DNA of 64,000 bases from Candidatus Hydrogenedentota bacterium. GTDB taxonomy: Bacteria; Hydrogenedentota; Hydrogenedentia; Hydrogenedentales; JAEUWI01. Positions 37,986 through 48,794 of the stretch are shown here, one piece after another. The translations under genes were made by a program, and so were the position numbers. The notes beneath the pieces were generated by a model. That model was given only the letters and a program-made list of their open reading frames with translations. It was not told where the DNA came from and did not search any database. The stretch is taken from the NCBI GenBank assembly GCA_034669905.1, contig JAXMOL010000031.1, forward strand, positions 1 to 64,000, in the 5' to 3' direction. The stretch's first letter is position 1. Every line of letters starts with the position of its first letter.

Positions 37986-39308
37986 CTACCCGGAGACGGC
38001 GGGTGAATCCAGCACCCGATGAAAATCTCGTGTCCCCTCAGCCTGCAACCGGGCATCTTGCTGACGGGCTGCCGGGGGAAGCTTTTCCCGCGCCGCCCCC
38101 ATCTTCTGTATGGCCAGGTGGGCGTCGAAAAGGTGGGTTCGGGGGGGCCGTTCACCCAGCGATTTCATGATGGTACTCAAGGGAAACACCAAGTCGTCCT
38201 GGAGCTCCATTAACAGGCGAACGTGTTCCACATAGGGACCAATGACCGGGCCAACTCCCGAGCGCACCTGGGCCGTCGCCATGATGTAGAGGTGCTTGTA
38301 ATCGGGGACCAGCGCCCCACCATACAGCTGGGCCACGGGCCCCTTGGTCTCGAAGAGTCCCTCCGCCAGAAAGGGCACGCTTACATGGTAGCCGGTGGCA
38401 CACACGACCACATCAAATCTATCGGAGGTGCCGTCCGTAAAATGGACCATCCGCCCATCAAAACGGGCAATGTCAGGACGGGCCTTCAGGGCTCCCCGCC
38501 GCAAATGCCGCAACACTTCGCTGCTGATAGTCGGGTGGCGCTCAAACAGATCATGGTCGGGCGTGGCAAGCCCATAGCGCTGATAGTTACCCACGCGCAA
38601 GCGCAGGAGCGCCTTGAGCACACGCCGTTGCCAGGGAATCGAAAGCCAGGGTGCGATGTATTCGACGGTGGGAATGCCGAAGATTTTTTTGGGCATGATC
38701 CAATAGCCCCGTCGCATACTCAAGTGGGCACGACGTCCTACCCGGGCTGCATTACACGCGAGGTCGCACGCGGAATTACCACCACCAATCACCAATACCC
38801 GTTTGCCCGCAAACTGGGTGGGAGACGTAAAACCGCTGGCATGGAGAAAGTCCCCCGTGAATTCACCGGGGTAGGTCGGCCACCTCGGATCCCAGTGGTG
38901 CCCGTTACAGACAAAGACCCCCTTATAAATAACAGGATGTCCCGCTTCAAACTTGACGGTCCAACGTTCCCCTTCGGCAGGCGCCACATGTACCACACGC
39001 CGGAGAAACTGAATCTCATCTGCCAGCCCGAAGTGTTCGGCATAGGCGCGCAGGTAGTCCCGCATGTCGTCTCGTGTCGGAAAGACGCCGACCTTGCGCG
39101 ACATGGGAAACTCCGCAAACGCGGTCGTCTTGCGGGAGGTGACGAGTTCAATGCCCCGGTGGGCACCGTGCGACCACACGCCCCCAATTGCATCGGTGGC
39201 CTCAACATGGTCGTAGGGTACGCTGGCCTCTTTCAGTTGTCTGGCCATGGCGAGTCCAGTCGGCCCCGCCCCAATAATAAGCATGCGGTCTTCAGAAGGT
39301 ACTACCAT
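37986..39308 (-). CDS. Flavin-containing monooxygenase (FMO-like)
   Basis: GAGPTG, FTGDFLHAS (FMO motif), GGGNSA and VCATGY. Confidence 0.9.
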   Translation of the reverse strand: MVVPSEDRMLIIGAGPTGLAMARQLKEASVPYDHVEATDAIGGVWSHGAHRGIELVTSRKTTAFAEFPMSRKVGVFPTRDDMRDYLRAYAEHFGLADEIQFLRRVVHVAPAEGERWTVKFEAGHPVIYKGVFVCNGHHWDPRWPTYPGEFTGDFLHASGFTSPTQFAGKRVLVIGGGNSACDLACNAARVGRRAHLSMRRGYWIMPKKIFGIPTVEYIAPWLSIPWQRRVLKALLRLRVGNYQRYGLATPDHDLFERHPTISSEVLRHLRRGALKARPDIARFDGRMVHFTDGTSDRFDVVVCATGYHVSVPFLAEGLFETKGPVAQLYGGALVPDYKHLYIMATAQVRSGVGPVIGPYVEHVRLLMELQDDLVFPLSTIMKSLGERPPRTHLFDAHLAIQKMGAAREKLPPAARQQDARLQAEGTRDFHRVLDSPAVSG

Positions 39309-39503
39309 TAAAATTCAGTCAATTCTGTGGGAAGTTGGAGTGACATAGAAAGGGGAATCTCGTGAGTATACCTGTTTAATGTGGGCCCTGTTAAGGGCAA
39401 GGCCCCTGCGTCGGCTCCGTCTGCCCATCGCATTCTTGCGAAGCCCGTGCACTTCGCCTATGATGGGGCTGCGTAGAGAGCGCGCCGCAGTCTAACCAGG
39501 AGT

Positions 39504-40916
39504 ATGGATGTGAGTGAATTAAGCTTCCTCGAAGGAGTCAACCGTTACTATGATATGGCCGAGCAGAGCCTCGATTTGCCGCCCGGCCTGGGGGCTAAAA
39601 TCAAAGCCTGCAACTCCGTCTATATGGTGCGCTTCCCCATCGGTTTTCGCGATGGATACAAGGTCTTCACCGGGTGGCGCGTGGTCCACAGCGAGCACTT
39701 CCTCCCCGTTAAGGGGGGCATCCGCTATTCGGAAGTCGTCGATCAGGAGGAAGTCGAAGCCCTCGCGGCCCTCATGTCCTACAAATGCGCCATCGTCGAT
39801 GTCCCCTTCGGCGGGGCCAAAGGCGCGCTCAAGATAAATCCCGCCGACTACGACGACTCCTCCATGGAGCGTATAACGCGGCGCTTCGCCCGGGAATTGG
39901 CCAATAAGGGCTACATCAGCCCCAGCCTCAACGTACCGGCCCCCGACATGGGGACGGGAGAACGGGAAATGGCCTGGATGGCCGATGAATACCGTCGTAT
40001 GGCGCCCACAGATATCAACGCCATGGCCTGTGTCACCGGAAAACCCGTCAATCAAGGGGGCATACTCGGCCGCAGCGAAGCAACCGGACGGGGCGTCCAA
40101 CTCGGACTTCGGGAGTTCTTCCGCCACAGTGAAGACGTCAACCGGGCGGGCCTGGACAATGGTCTGGCCGGTAAGCGCATCATCATCCAGGGCCTGGGTA
40201 AGGTGGGCTACCCAGCGGCCAAGTTTCTCCACGAAGAGGACGACGCCCGAATAATCGCCATCCTGGAATACAACGGCGCCCTCCTCAACCCCGATGGTAT
40301 CGACGTGGAAGCTGCCAAACAGTGGCAATTGGAACATCGAACCTTTGAAGGCTTCGGCGGCGGTACCTTTGTGCCAGATAGCACGCCCCTGCTCGAAGAA
40401 GATTGTGACATCCTGATTCCGGCGGCCATGGAAGGGCAAATCACGACGGCAAACGCGCCCCGTATCAAGGCCAACCTGATTGCAGAAGCCGCCAACGGCC
40501 CCGTGACCTATGGTGCCCATCAAATCCTGCGGGAACGCGGGATTGTCATCATCCCCGACATTTATCTCAATGCCGGTGGTGTGGTCGTATCCTATTTCGA
40601 GTGGATCAAGAATCTCTCTCACATCCGCCTGGGACGACTCGGACGCCGGGCCGACGAGGCCCGGGGCGATCATATCGTAAATGCCCTGGAGACCATGTCG
40701 GGCAAATCCGTCCCCAACGAATTGGCGAATCGCATTCGCCATGGCGCGGGTGAGCTTGACCTCGTGCGTTCCGGACTCGATGATACGATGCGGGAAGCCT
40801 ATCAGCAGATGCGGGAAGTGTATTTGAGCCGGAAGGATATTCCTGATTTGCGCACCGCCGGCTTCGCCATTGCCATCGAAAAAATATCGCGGGCCAATAT
40901 CATGATGGGAGTCTGA
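39504..40916 (+). CDS. gdhA: Glu/Leu/Phe/Val dehydrogenase, most likely glutamate dehydrogenase
   Basis: KGGIRY, VPFGGAKG, VPAPDMGT, VTGKP, AEAANGP and NAGGVVVSYFEW. Confidence 0.9.
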   Translation: MDVSELSFLEGVNRYYDMAEQSLDLPPGLGAKIKACNSVYMVRFPIGFRDGYKVFTGWRVVHSEHFLPVKGGIRYSEVVDQEEVEALAALMSYKCAIVDVPFGGAKGALKINPADYDDSSMERITRRFARELANKGYISPSLNVPAPDMGTGEREMAWMADEYRRMAPTDINAMACVTGKPVNQGGILGRSEATGRGVQLGLREFFRHSEDVNRAGLDNGLAGKRIIIQGLGKVGYPAAKFLHEEDDARIIAILEYNGALLNPDGIDVEAAKQWQLEHRTFEGFGGGTFVPDSTPLLEEDCDILIPAAMEGQITTANAPRIKANLIAEAANGPVTYGAHQILRERGIVIIPDIYLNAGGVVVSYFEWIKNLSHIRLGRLGRRADEARGDHIVNALETMSGKSVPNELANRIRHGAGELDLVRSGLDDTMREAYQQMREVYLSRKDIPDLRTAGFAIAIEKISRANIMMGV

Positions 40917-41001
40917 GTTTCCCCCATCGCGCGCACCATCCCCTCATTTGTTCGTGGTACCATAGGGTCCTTATACCACGACTTTCGGAGAATACCTCGT
41001 C

Positions 41002-42165
41002 ATGAATGCCGAACTACTGATGATCGGCAGCGAACTGCTGCTGGGTCAGATACACGACACCAATTCCACCTACATTTCACAGGTCCTGGCTGAGCACGGC
41101 ATCGGGTGCTACCAGAAGACCACCATTGGCGACAATAAAGCCCGTATTATGGCCTCTTTGGACGCCGGACTCGATCGAAGCGATGTTATCCTCTGCAGTG
41201 GTGGCCTCGGCCCGACAGAAGACGATATAACACGAGAGTCGATTGCGGAGCTCCTCGGACTTCCCATGGAGTTTCGGGAATCGCTGTATGAAACCATATT
41301 GACGCGTTACTCAAACGCCCGCCGCACCATCACCGAGAACAATAAGAAGCAGGCAACGTTGCCCAAAGGGGCTATCGCCATTGAAAACCCCAACGGCACG
41401 GCGCCCGGGGTCATCGTCGAGAGCGAGCGAGGCGTCATCATCTGCATGCCTGGCGTGCCCCACGAACTCAAGGCCATGCTGCACGACAGTGTGCTCCCCT
41501 ATCTGAAGAAGAAATTCAAGATCTCCGGCACGGTCGTTTCTCATGTGTTGAAAGTGTGTGGCATGGGTGAGTCGGCCGTCGACGATCTCATCGGCGATCT
41601 AATGATTGACGCCATCAACCCGACCGTTGGCCTGCTGGCCTCGCCCGAGTTTGTGCGGATTCGCATCACGGCGAAAGCCGACGACGAAGCCCACGCGCGC
41701 ACCCTCATTGAGCCCGTGGCTGCCGAAGTGGCGAGACGCCTCGATGGTCGGATTATGGGTGAAGAGCAGGATGTACTCGAAGGCAAAGTCGCCGCACTGC
41801 TCAGGGCGCGCGATTGGCGTCTCGGTATCGCGGAGTCCCTCACTGGTGGCCTGATCGCCCAACGGTTACTACAGGCCGATCACGAAGTCATCGCGGAAGG
41901 GCGTATTGTGCCCCCCGGACGGGCGCACCGCGACGGCGACATCGCACTTGACGAAGCCATCGAGAAACTGCTACACTCTGGGGCTAACTGCACGCTCGTC
42001 TGCCATCTTTCATCGGATGACGGCGTGGCAATGGTAATTTTTGACACGCCCGAAAGACGCTATACTTGGGATATACCGGTCTTGGGCAGTGGAAACCGAG
42101 CACAAGTTCGATTAGCGGTGGGCGTTTTAGAGTCCATCAGACGTGAGCTTACAAAGAGCAGTTAA
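41002..42165 (+). CDS. cinA: CinA-family protein (MocF-like N-domain; C-terminal PncC domain appears degenerate)
   Basis: IGSELLLG...DTN, SGGLGPTEDDIT, NPNGTAPG, MPGVPHE and AESLTGG. Confidence 0.88.
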   Translation: MNAELLMIGSELLLGQIHDTNSTYISQVLAEHGIGCYQKTTIGDNKARIMASLDAGLDRSDVILCSGGLGPTEDDITRESIAELLGLPMEFRESLYETILTRYSNARRTITENNKKQATLPKGAIAIENPNGTAPGVIVESERGVIICMPGVPHELKAMLHDSVLPYLKKKFKISGTVVSHVLKVCGMGESAVDDLIGDLMIDAINPTVGLLASPEFVRIRITAKADDEAHARTLIEPVAAEVARRLDGRIMGEEQDVLEGKVAALLRARDWRLGIAESLTGGLIAQRLLQADHEVIAEGRIVPPGRAHRDGDIALDEAIEKLLHSGANCTLVCHLSSDDGVAMVIFDTPERRYTWDIPVLGSGNRAQVRLAVGVLESIRRELTKSS

Positions 42166-42359
42166 TCTATCTCTTCTATAAGACGACTGGGCGACGCTGT
42201 CCAGCAGGTTGATAATCCTGTGACAGCCCGGTGCGTGTACCCCCTCCACGCACCGCTGCAACCCTTTTGCAATGCGCCCCCTGATTCAGCCGATGTTTCG
42301 ATTATCCTGTTGTGTGTGTGAGATACAGGATTTTCGGCCACACGGAGTGACCAGTATCC

Positions 42360-42722
42360 ATGTTTGAATTGATTGCCCTCATGATCCTGTCGCAGCAACC
42401 GCTGCAGCCGGTCGCCGAGGGGGTTGCCTCCTACTATACCGTAGCGAGCAGCAGCGCCCTTACCGCCTCTGGAGAGCCCCTCCGGGACGACCTCCTTACC
42501 TGTGCCATGCTGGACGGCGAATTCGGCCACTACTACCTCGTTTTGGCGGAAAACGGCAAATCGGTCATCTGCAAACTGAACGACCGTGGCCCCTATGTAA
42601 AAGATCGGGTCATTGACCTCTCCTTTGCCGCCATGCGCCGCCTCGATAGCGAAGCGGGCCTGATGAAAGTGCAGATTTATCACTTGGGCCCCAACCCCCC
42701 GCCCTTTGAAACACTCAACTAA
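42360..42722 (+). CDS. RlpA-like double-psi beta-barrel (septal ring lytic transglycosylase family)
   Basis: GVASYY, TASGE and NDRGPYVKDRVIDLSFAA. Confidence 0.85.
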   Translation: MFELIALMILSQQPLQPVAEGVASYYTVASSSALTASGEPLRDDLLTCAMLDGEFGHYYLVLAENGKSVICKLNDRGPYVKDRVIDLSFAAMRRLDSEAGLMKVQIYHLGPNPPPFETLN

Positions 42723-42736
42723 GATACCGCCTGCTG

Positions 42737-42764
42737 AAATCCCCTCTTCGGAGGGGATTTTTTT
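42737..42764 (+). terminator. Rho-independent terminator
   Basis: AAATCCCCTC-TTCG-GAGGGGATTT followed by a T run. Confidence 0.85.
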
Positions 42765-42892
42765 GTGTCGCCCTAGCAGGTCGGCGGTGCTCCACGAGAC
42801 ACCGGCGCCTTGCGCCCATGCCCCGTCTTCGCTACACTGAGCGTCTGTATATTGTTGACCCCTGACCTGTACTCAACCAGAGGAATTTACCC

Positions 42893-43570
42893 GTGCGTAT
42901 CCCCTTCCACGTAGCACTGCTTTTCTTGACCACAATTACCCCCGTTGCCCTGGCCAACGACGCCAAAGAAACCACACCAACGTTGCCCTTGCTCTTCGAA
43001 ACCGACTTTTCCGGGGACCTCGCTGCCTGGACCATGACCGATCCCAAGGCCTGGAAAATTGCGGAAGACGAAGGCGATAAGCGCCTCTCCCTATTCGGAA
43101 AAAGCGACTATGAAGCCCCGGTCCGCTCTCCCCACAATATTGCGCGGGTTAAAGATGTAGACGTGACGGATTTCGTGCTCGACGTGGACGCCCGTCAGAC
43201 CGGGCGCGAGTATGGGCACCGTGATCTCTGCTTCTTTTTCGGTTATCAGGATCCCTCTCACTTCTACTATGTGCACCTGGCCACCAAGGCCGATGACCAC
43301 GCCAACTCGATCTTTCTCGTGAATGGCGCGCCCCGGGTGAGCATCGCGCAGAAGCGCACCGACGGCACCGATTGGAAAGAGGGATACCACCACATTCGCA
43401 TCGCCCGGGACACCAAGGCCGGCACGATCAAGGTCTACTTCAACAACATGGATGAGCCCGTGATGGAAACGGTCGACAAGACGTTCCTCAATGGCACGGT
43501 TGGTGTGGGGTCCTTCGACGATACGGGCAATTTCGACAACTTCAAAATCCACGGCGTCGCCACCAAGTAG
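42893..43570 (+). CDS. Secreted concanavalin-like (DUF1080-related) protein
   Basis: Signal peptide; beta-rich fold ending GTVGVGSFDDTGNFDNFKI. Confidence 0.7.
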   Translation: MRIPFHVALLFLTTITPVALANDAKETTPTLPLLFETDFSGDLAAWTMTDPKAWKIAEDEGDKRLSLFGKSDYEAPVRSPHNIARVKDVDVTDFVLDVDARQTGREYGHRDLCFFFGYQDPSHFYYVHLATKADDHANSIFLVNGAPRVSIAQKRTDGTDWKEGYHHIRIARDTKAGTIKVYFNNMDEPVMETVDKTFLNGTVGVGSFDDTGNFDNFKIHGVATK

Positions 43571-43657
43571 TACGTCTTACGGTGGTCAACACACCGCCGC
43601 CACGACAAGACGAACAGACCCCGTGCAACGGTCGCTACCCGACCCCATCCCCCTTAC

Positions 43658-43698
43658 GGTTCGAGGTCCTGATAGACTCAGGCCTCGAACCTTTTTTT
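43658..43698 (+). terminator. Rho-independent terminator
   Basis: GGTTCGAGG..CCTCGAACC stem plus T run. Confidence 0.7.
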
Positions 43699-44029
43699 AT
43701 TCATGGGCCAACGATGGGGGCGTATCGCTGTTTCTCAAGCTAATTGAGACCGGACGTGCCGCGCGATCCCGAGGCACGAGGGTTCGTGCGCTTGGGGTAG
43801 CCGCGATGGGGAATGCCTGGGCCCCTGGTAGATCCAGCACGACGACATACGCACGAACCCGTCAGGACTCGTTGATACTCGCCTTTTGGGGATCGCGCGG
43901 CACGCTTGTTACCCAAAGCCACTTTTCCCAGATGACATTCCCCACTATGTGCCCCGGAACCTTGTTGCCGCCTGATAGCGCAGTACCGCGCTGAGTGCGA
44001 TCTCTCAGGGGGCCATCTGGGTGTAGCAA

Positions 44030-44998
44030 CTATCGTGTGGGACGGGCATCAAGAAAAGCACGGACACTATCCGGAAAGTCGGTGAAGACGCCATCGACAC
44101 CGTAGGTGTTATAAAACGCGGCCAGCTCGTCTTCTGTGTTCTCGTATGCTTCCGGCACATCGTCTTTACGAATCGTATAGGGATGTACCGCCAGCCCCGC
44201 TTCGTGGGCCCATCCGACAAAGGCAGGATTCTTCTCAATGATAGACTTGCTGGGGCCAACGCCATCCACCACCTTCGACACCGTGGCCAACCCCTCTTTG
44301 GTCCGCTGCCCCGCCTGCCGTTTGTCGTTAGATATCAGCAGGATAAGCGGGACCTCCGTCTTCAGTTTCCGCAAGCGTTCCAGCGCATCAAATTCAAAGC
44401 ACTGGATAAATACACGGGCATCGGCACCGGTATAGCCATAGCGTGTCAATACGTCCAGCACCTTTGCCTCCGGATCGAATCCAGCCTTACGGTGAAAGGC
44501 CACCCCCTTCAGCTCGGGATAGATTCCCACATTTCGTCCCAAGGTCGTATTGAGACCTTGAATCAACTCAATGGCCTCTTCAAAGGTCGGCACTTCAAAA
44601 TGGGCCTTGCCAACCGGAAATCGATTTCCCAACCGCTCATGAACAGAGAGGGTCTTTATCTCTGCCAGGGTAAAATCGGCCGCATACCAACGCCCGTCCT
44701 CCCGCTTTCGGTCGGGGAACACGGACTCCACGTCGGTCGTTCCTTCCAGGTGAATGTCGTGCAGCGCCACAAAGTGGCCGTCTTTGGTAAGCACCAGATC
44801 CTGCTCAATGTAATCCGCGCCCATTCCATAGGCCAGCGAATAGGCTTCGAGGGTGTGTTCTGGCAGATAACCACTGGCGCCGCGGTGGGCGATCACGATA
44901 GGGTCCGCTACACCTGCCCCCCCTCCGACGAGAACGGCGCAAAGGAGCAGCAAGCGAGAAACAAGAGTGAGGTGCATCATGAGGGAAAAATTCTCCAT
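44030..44998 (-). CDS. glpQ: Glycerophosphodiester phosphodiesterase
   Basis: IAHRGASGYLPEHT, ADYIEQDLVLTKD, YPELK and GVFTDFPD. Confidence 0.92.
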   Translation of the reverse strand: MENFSLMMHLTLVSRLLLLCAVLVGGGAGVADPIVIAHRGASGYLPEHTLEAYSLAYGMGADYIEQDLVLTKDGHFVALHDIHLEGTTDVESVFPDRKREDGRWYAADFTLAEIKTLSVHERLGNRFPVGKAHFEVPTFEEAIELIQGLNTTLGRNVGIYPELKGVAFHRKAGFDPEAKVLDVLTRYGYTGADARVFIQCFEFDALERLRKLKTEVPLILLISNDKRQAGQRTKEGLATVSKVVDGVGPSKSIIEKNPAFVGWAHEAGLAVHPYTIRKDDVPEAYENTEDELAAFYNTYGVDGVFTDFPDSVRAFLDARPTR

Positions 44999-45059
44999 AA
45001 GACGGCCCGCCTGTCGGCAGGCAAATCAACGTATAGGGTAGTTGGGGGTGCGGAAAAAA

Positions 45060-48000
45060 TTATTTTACGGAGGTCAGCATCCAGCCATAGTCGTAGCCCG
45101 TGCCTTCCGCCGCCTCCTCCAGCGTGTCAGCGGCATCCCGTGCCAATACCAGCCGCTCCCAGTCCAGGGCATCATCGGCCAACTGCCGCACGAACAACGA
45201 CCGTATCACCCCATCCAACATCATGGTGAGGCGCTCGGGATTCAACCATTCACGACCCTGCCAGGTATTGACCCCGAGGAAAAACTCGACATCGGAATCG
45301 CGGAAGATCGTGTGAATCAAGGGCCCCCAAATCTCGTTCTCCAAGGCCTCTATATGGTGGGCATGGGTCACGCAAATGCGCACCAGACTGGCATCGAGCG
45401 CCGCAGCTTCCCCATCGGCACCCAACTCCTGAAAGGCCTGCGCGATATGCTTGCGCAAAAACCATTCCCGTATCCAGGCGCCACTGGTCGCGGCAATCTT
45501 GTGGGCAGGAACACCGTGCTCTCCCCCGTCGCCCGGCAATACACTCCCCAGATGTCGCACCATCGCCCAGGCCAGAAGAACCCGATAGGCCGCCAGGTCT
45601 TCCTGATCTTCCAGGGGGAACTGGGCGGACAGCGCCTTCCGAAACGCGGGGTACGCCTTGGCCTTTTTAAGCACCGCGGCACCTGCGTAAATGGCATCCA
45701 GATCCGATTGAATATGAGAGACGAAGACCGCTTGATCCACGTCAACCGCCAGCCGTTTGCTGAGGGCCGCCACAAATTGCGTGGTCTTCTCCTCAAACTC
45801 GGGCACCTTGCTCAGCGCACCGCGCTGGGTATGAATCGCGCGAAGGAGCGCGGCATCCATCCACTCCCCAAAGGGTCCCAGGAGGGGTGCGAGATGCAGT
45901 TCCTGGTAGGCATCGTCCATGGACGGCACGCCCTGGCCCGCAAGATTCGCGTGGAGTTTTCCCCAGCTCAGATCCATGTCGTACACGGCCCGCCAATCGA
46001 GGAGGGCCACATACTGATAGGGTCCCAGCGAAAGATACAGTCCCTCACGATTTATCCGGGCACCATGCTCCAGATACTCGAGCCCCGTCCGACTATCGCG
46101 GTAGATGTAGTAGCAATTATCGTCGAAACGCAGGTCCAATGCCTCGCCCAGCGAAATCTGACGCAAGGATACGTCATCCACGGTCCCCACATTCCGCGCC
46201 GTAGACCAGTTCACCCGTCCCGACGTTTGTCCATGGGCGTTCTGGTATACCACCAGCGCGCGGGCGTCACCGACCCGATTGCTGTAAGCGAATACGTTTT
46301 CATCCACATAGCCATCGGACGTGACAAAATCGAAAAAGGCAAAGTCCGTAGACCCACTAAAGAGGTGGCGTTTCCGCATGAGGGGAAATATTTCTCGCTC
46401 ATGGCGTTGAATCAGTCCCTCATCGGGCGATTCGTCATAGTAGGCCCGCCGGTATTCCATACCGTATTTTTCGGTATAGCCTTCCACCTGACCATGACCG
46501 ATCATCGGCAGCCCCGGCATGGTGACCATCAACACCGCCACCCCGAAATACTTGTCGTCTTTGCCGAACTGCGCCTCCGCCGTATCTTCATCGGGATTAT
46601 TCATAAAGTTAACGAAGCGCTGCAGGATTTCCGGACTGAATTCCAGCACATTCTTAATGGTCTGGCGGTACCCCTGGTTGTCCTCCATTTTCAACATGTT
46701 CATGAAGGCACTATTGTACACCCGGTGCATGCCGAGCGTACGGACAAAATAGCCCTCCATTAACCAGAACGCCTCGGCCAGCAAGAGGGTGTCGGGCACC
46801 TCCTCCGCTACCCGGTCCACCACTTCACGCCAGAATTCGACGGGAAAGACGGCATCAAATTCAGGCCGGGACATGCCATGCTCGGCGCGAGAGGGGATCG
46901 CTCCCGCATCGGCCGGCATTGGAAACCACAGTCGCTGGTAGTGCTTCTTCGCCAGGGTCATGGCCGCATCGAATCGGATGATGGGGAACATACGGGCCAC
47001 GTGAAGTATCGTCTGAATGACCGCCTCCCGCACTTCGGGAATCAGGTAATTCAACTGGGCCGTGTCATTCCACGGCATGCTCGTGCCATCGTTGCCGTGA
47101 TAAATGTAACGGGTATAGCCACTCCAGTTGTCAACACGCTTGAAGACGACGGCGGCATCCCGGTGCTCCCAATAGCCGTCTTCGATAAATATGCTCACCC
47201 GATCATCCGGCGACAGGTTCGCGCCGGTAAAGGTATAGCCGGGAAAGGGCGACTCGTGACTTTGAATAAACCAATCGGGATGCTCCACCACCCAGCGGGA
47301 GTAGATGCCCACGTGATTGGGCACCATGTCGCTGGCAAGCCGGATACCCCGATCCCAGGCGCGACGGGCCAGGTTCTCATAGGCGGGGACGCCACCGAGA
47401 TCGCCCGCAATCACATAGTCAAAAAGCGAATAGGCCGAGGCCGCTGCTTCCGCGTTGCCCATCATCTGCTTAATGGTGCGAGAGGATTCTGAACGCTCCC
47501 AGATCCCAATGAGCCACAGGCCGCTGACGCCCCACTGTGCCAACTTGTCCAGTTCTTCATCCGGCACGGCATCCAGGGTATGGATGGGCTGCCCGTATTG
47601 ACGCGACAATTGATCCAGCCACACATAGACCGTTTTCGCAAGCAACACCACATTGGGCATCCAGAACTTGTCCACCGAAAACGCCTCGGGCTCGTCCTGT
47701 CCGTGGAGGACCTCACCGTCCCCTCCGGCGCCCCTGCCAAAACGCAGTACCCGCGCAGGGCCAGGGCCCATCCCGCGAAACTGGTGCTCCTCTTTCAATA
47801 CACCGGTCGCCACCACCAACTGTCGCAGCAGGAATGCGGGCAGGAACGGTGCCCAGACTTCCCGGATGTGCGCCAACTGCCCTTCGAGCGAGTCGGGCGA
47901 GGCCACGATGGGCGCATAAAGAAACGTAACGAGATCGCGGCCCGTTCCCGGGAAGGGAGGCTGCTCCTTTAAGTAGGTATGAAAACTTTCAACCTGGGTG

Positions 48001-48569
48001 AGATAGGAACTGTGCGTACGAATCTCCCGATCGTCGAATAGCGGCTGGAGGGCCTTCATCGCGGGATTACTCATACTCAGGCGCAGCAGAAGCACCTCAC
48101 AGATACTTCCGTCCCGTCGCGGCCACAGGGGAGATGCGCGGTCCAGATAGCCGTCGGAGCTTTCCTGCCCGGTGCAAACGGTATCCGCGGGATAGAGCGC
48201 CAGAAACTGCTGGAGGGGATGTTCGGCCACATCCGGCCCATACTGCTCCAGACTCCAGTATTGGGCATCCCGCAACACGCGGGCATTGACCTCCTCCGTG
48301 TATCGGTGAATAAGGTATCGCATGGCGGAAAGCAACAACGATGCGCCCATCAGGGTACCCGGTTGCACCGCCAGGGTATCGGGGGCTTCAAAATCCAGAT
48401 GCTGATTCACCTGGTCGGCCACATCACGAAACCCGCGCACGGCCCCTTCCGTTTCCAACCGGGCGGCCAGATCTACAGGCAGCGAAAAACGTTCGCGCGC
48501 TTCCGCAGAGAGGGGAATTCCCAATCCGAAATATTCATTCACCTCATGGGCGCTCAGTATTTCTTCCAT
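45060..48569 (-). CDS. GH13 alpha-amylase-family protein
   Basis: DMVPNH, IIRFDAA (nucleophile), LLAEAF (acid/base) and MNNPDE. Confidence 0.88.
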   Translation of the reverse strand: MEEILSAHEVNEYFGLGIPLSAEARERFSLPVDLAARLETEGAVRGFRDVADQVNQHLDFEAPDTLAVQPGTLMGASLLLSAMRYLIHRYTEEVNARVLRDAQYWSLEQYGPDVAEHPLQQFLALYPADTVCTGQESSDGYLDRASPLWPRRDGSICEVLLLRLSMSNPAMKALQPLFDDREIRTHSSYLTQVESFHTYLKEQPPFPGTGRDLVTFLYAPIVASPDSLEGQLAHIREVWAPFLPAFLLRQLVVATGVLKEEHQFRGMGPGPARVLRFGRGAGGDGEVLHGQDEPEAFSVDKFWMPNVVLLAKTVYVWLDQLSRQYGQPIHTLDAVPDEELDKLAQWGVSGLWLIGIWERSESSRTIKQMMGNAEAAASAYSLFDYVIAGDLGGVPAYENLARRAWDRGIRLASDMVPNHVGIYSRWVVEHPDWFIQSHESPFPGYTFTGANLSPDDRVSIFIEDGYWEHRDAAVVFKRVDNWSGYTRYIYHGNDGTSMPWNDTAQLNYLIPEVREAVIQTILHVARMFPIIRFDAAMTLAKKHYQRLWFPMPADAGAIPSRAEHGMSRPEFDAVFPVEFWREVVDRVAEEVPDTLLLAEAFWLMEGYFVRTLGMHRVYNSAFMNMLKMEDNQGYRQTIKNVLEFSPEILQRFVNFMNNPDEDTAEAQFGKDDKYFGVAVLMVTMPGLPMIGHGQVEGYTEKYGMEYRRAYYDESPDEGLIQRHEREIFPLMRKRHLFSGSTDFAFFDFVTSDGYVDENVFAYSNRVGDARALVVYQNAHGQTSGRVNWSTARNVGTVDDVSLRQISLGEALDLRFDDNCYYIYRDSRTGLEYLEHGARINREGLYLSLGPYQYVALLDWRAVYDMDLSWGKLHANLAGQGVPSMDDAYQELHLAPLLGPFGEWMDAALLRAIHTQRGALSKVPEFEEKTTQFVAALSKRLAVDVDQAVFVSHIQSDLDAIYAGAAVLKKAKAYPAFRKALSAQFPLEDQEDLAAYRVLLAWAMVRHLGSVLPGDGGEHGVPAHKIAATSGAWIREWFLRKHIAQAFQELGADGEAAALDASLVRICVTHAHHIEALENEIWGPLIHTIFRDSDVEFFLGVNTWQGREWLNPERLTMMLDGVIRSLFVRQLADDALDWERLVLARDAADTLEEAAEGTGYDYGWMLTSVK

Positions 48570-48794
48570 GCAGTCTCTTTCGTTATTTACGTTGCATCCC
48601 CCGAAGCTGCCATCCGCTGAATAGTAACCGATTCCGGACGATGGGCGCTATTTTGTTCACTCTTCCCGAACAGGCTATACTTAGGCACACCACGGGCCGA
48701 ATGGCACCTCAAAACGGCTGCTGCCAGCGTTCGCCCCCTGAAATTACCCGATTTGCTTATGTTCGTATTATTCCGTTTGGGAGTTCAAGTTTAC

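Noticed and set aside
40600..40800. Eukaryote-like antenna insert in glutamate dehydrogenase as a sign of gene transfer
   Set aside because: Bacterial GDHs of this length and type are known, and composition is host-like
43700..44029. Small ORFs or ncRNA between the terminator and glpQ
   Set aside because: No RBS, motif or convincing structure recognised
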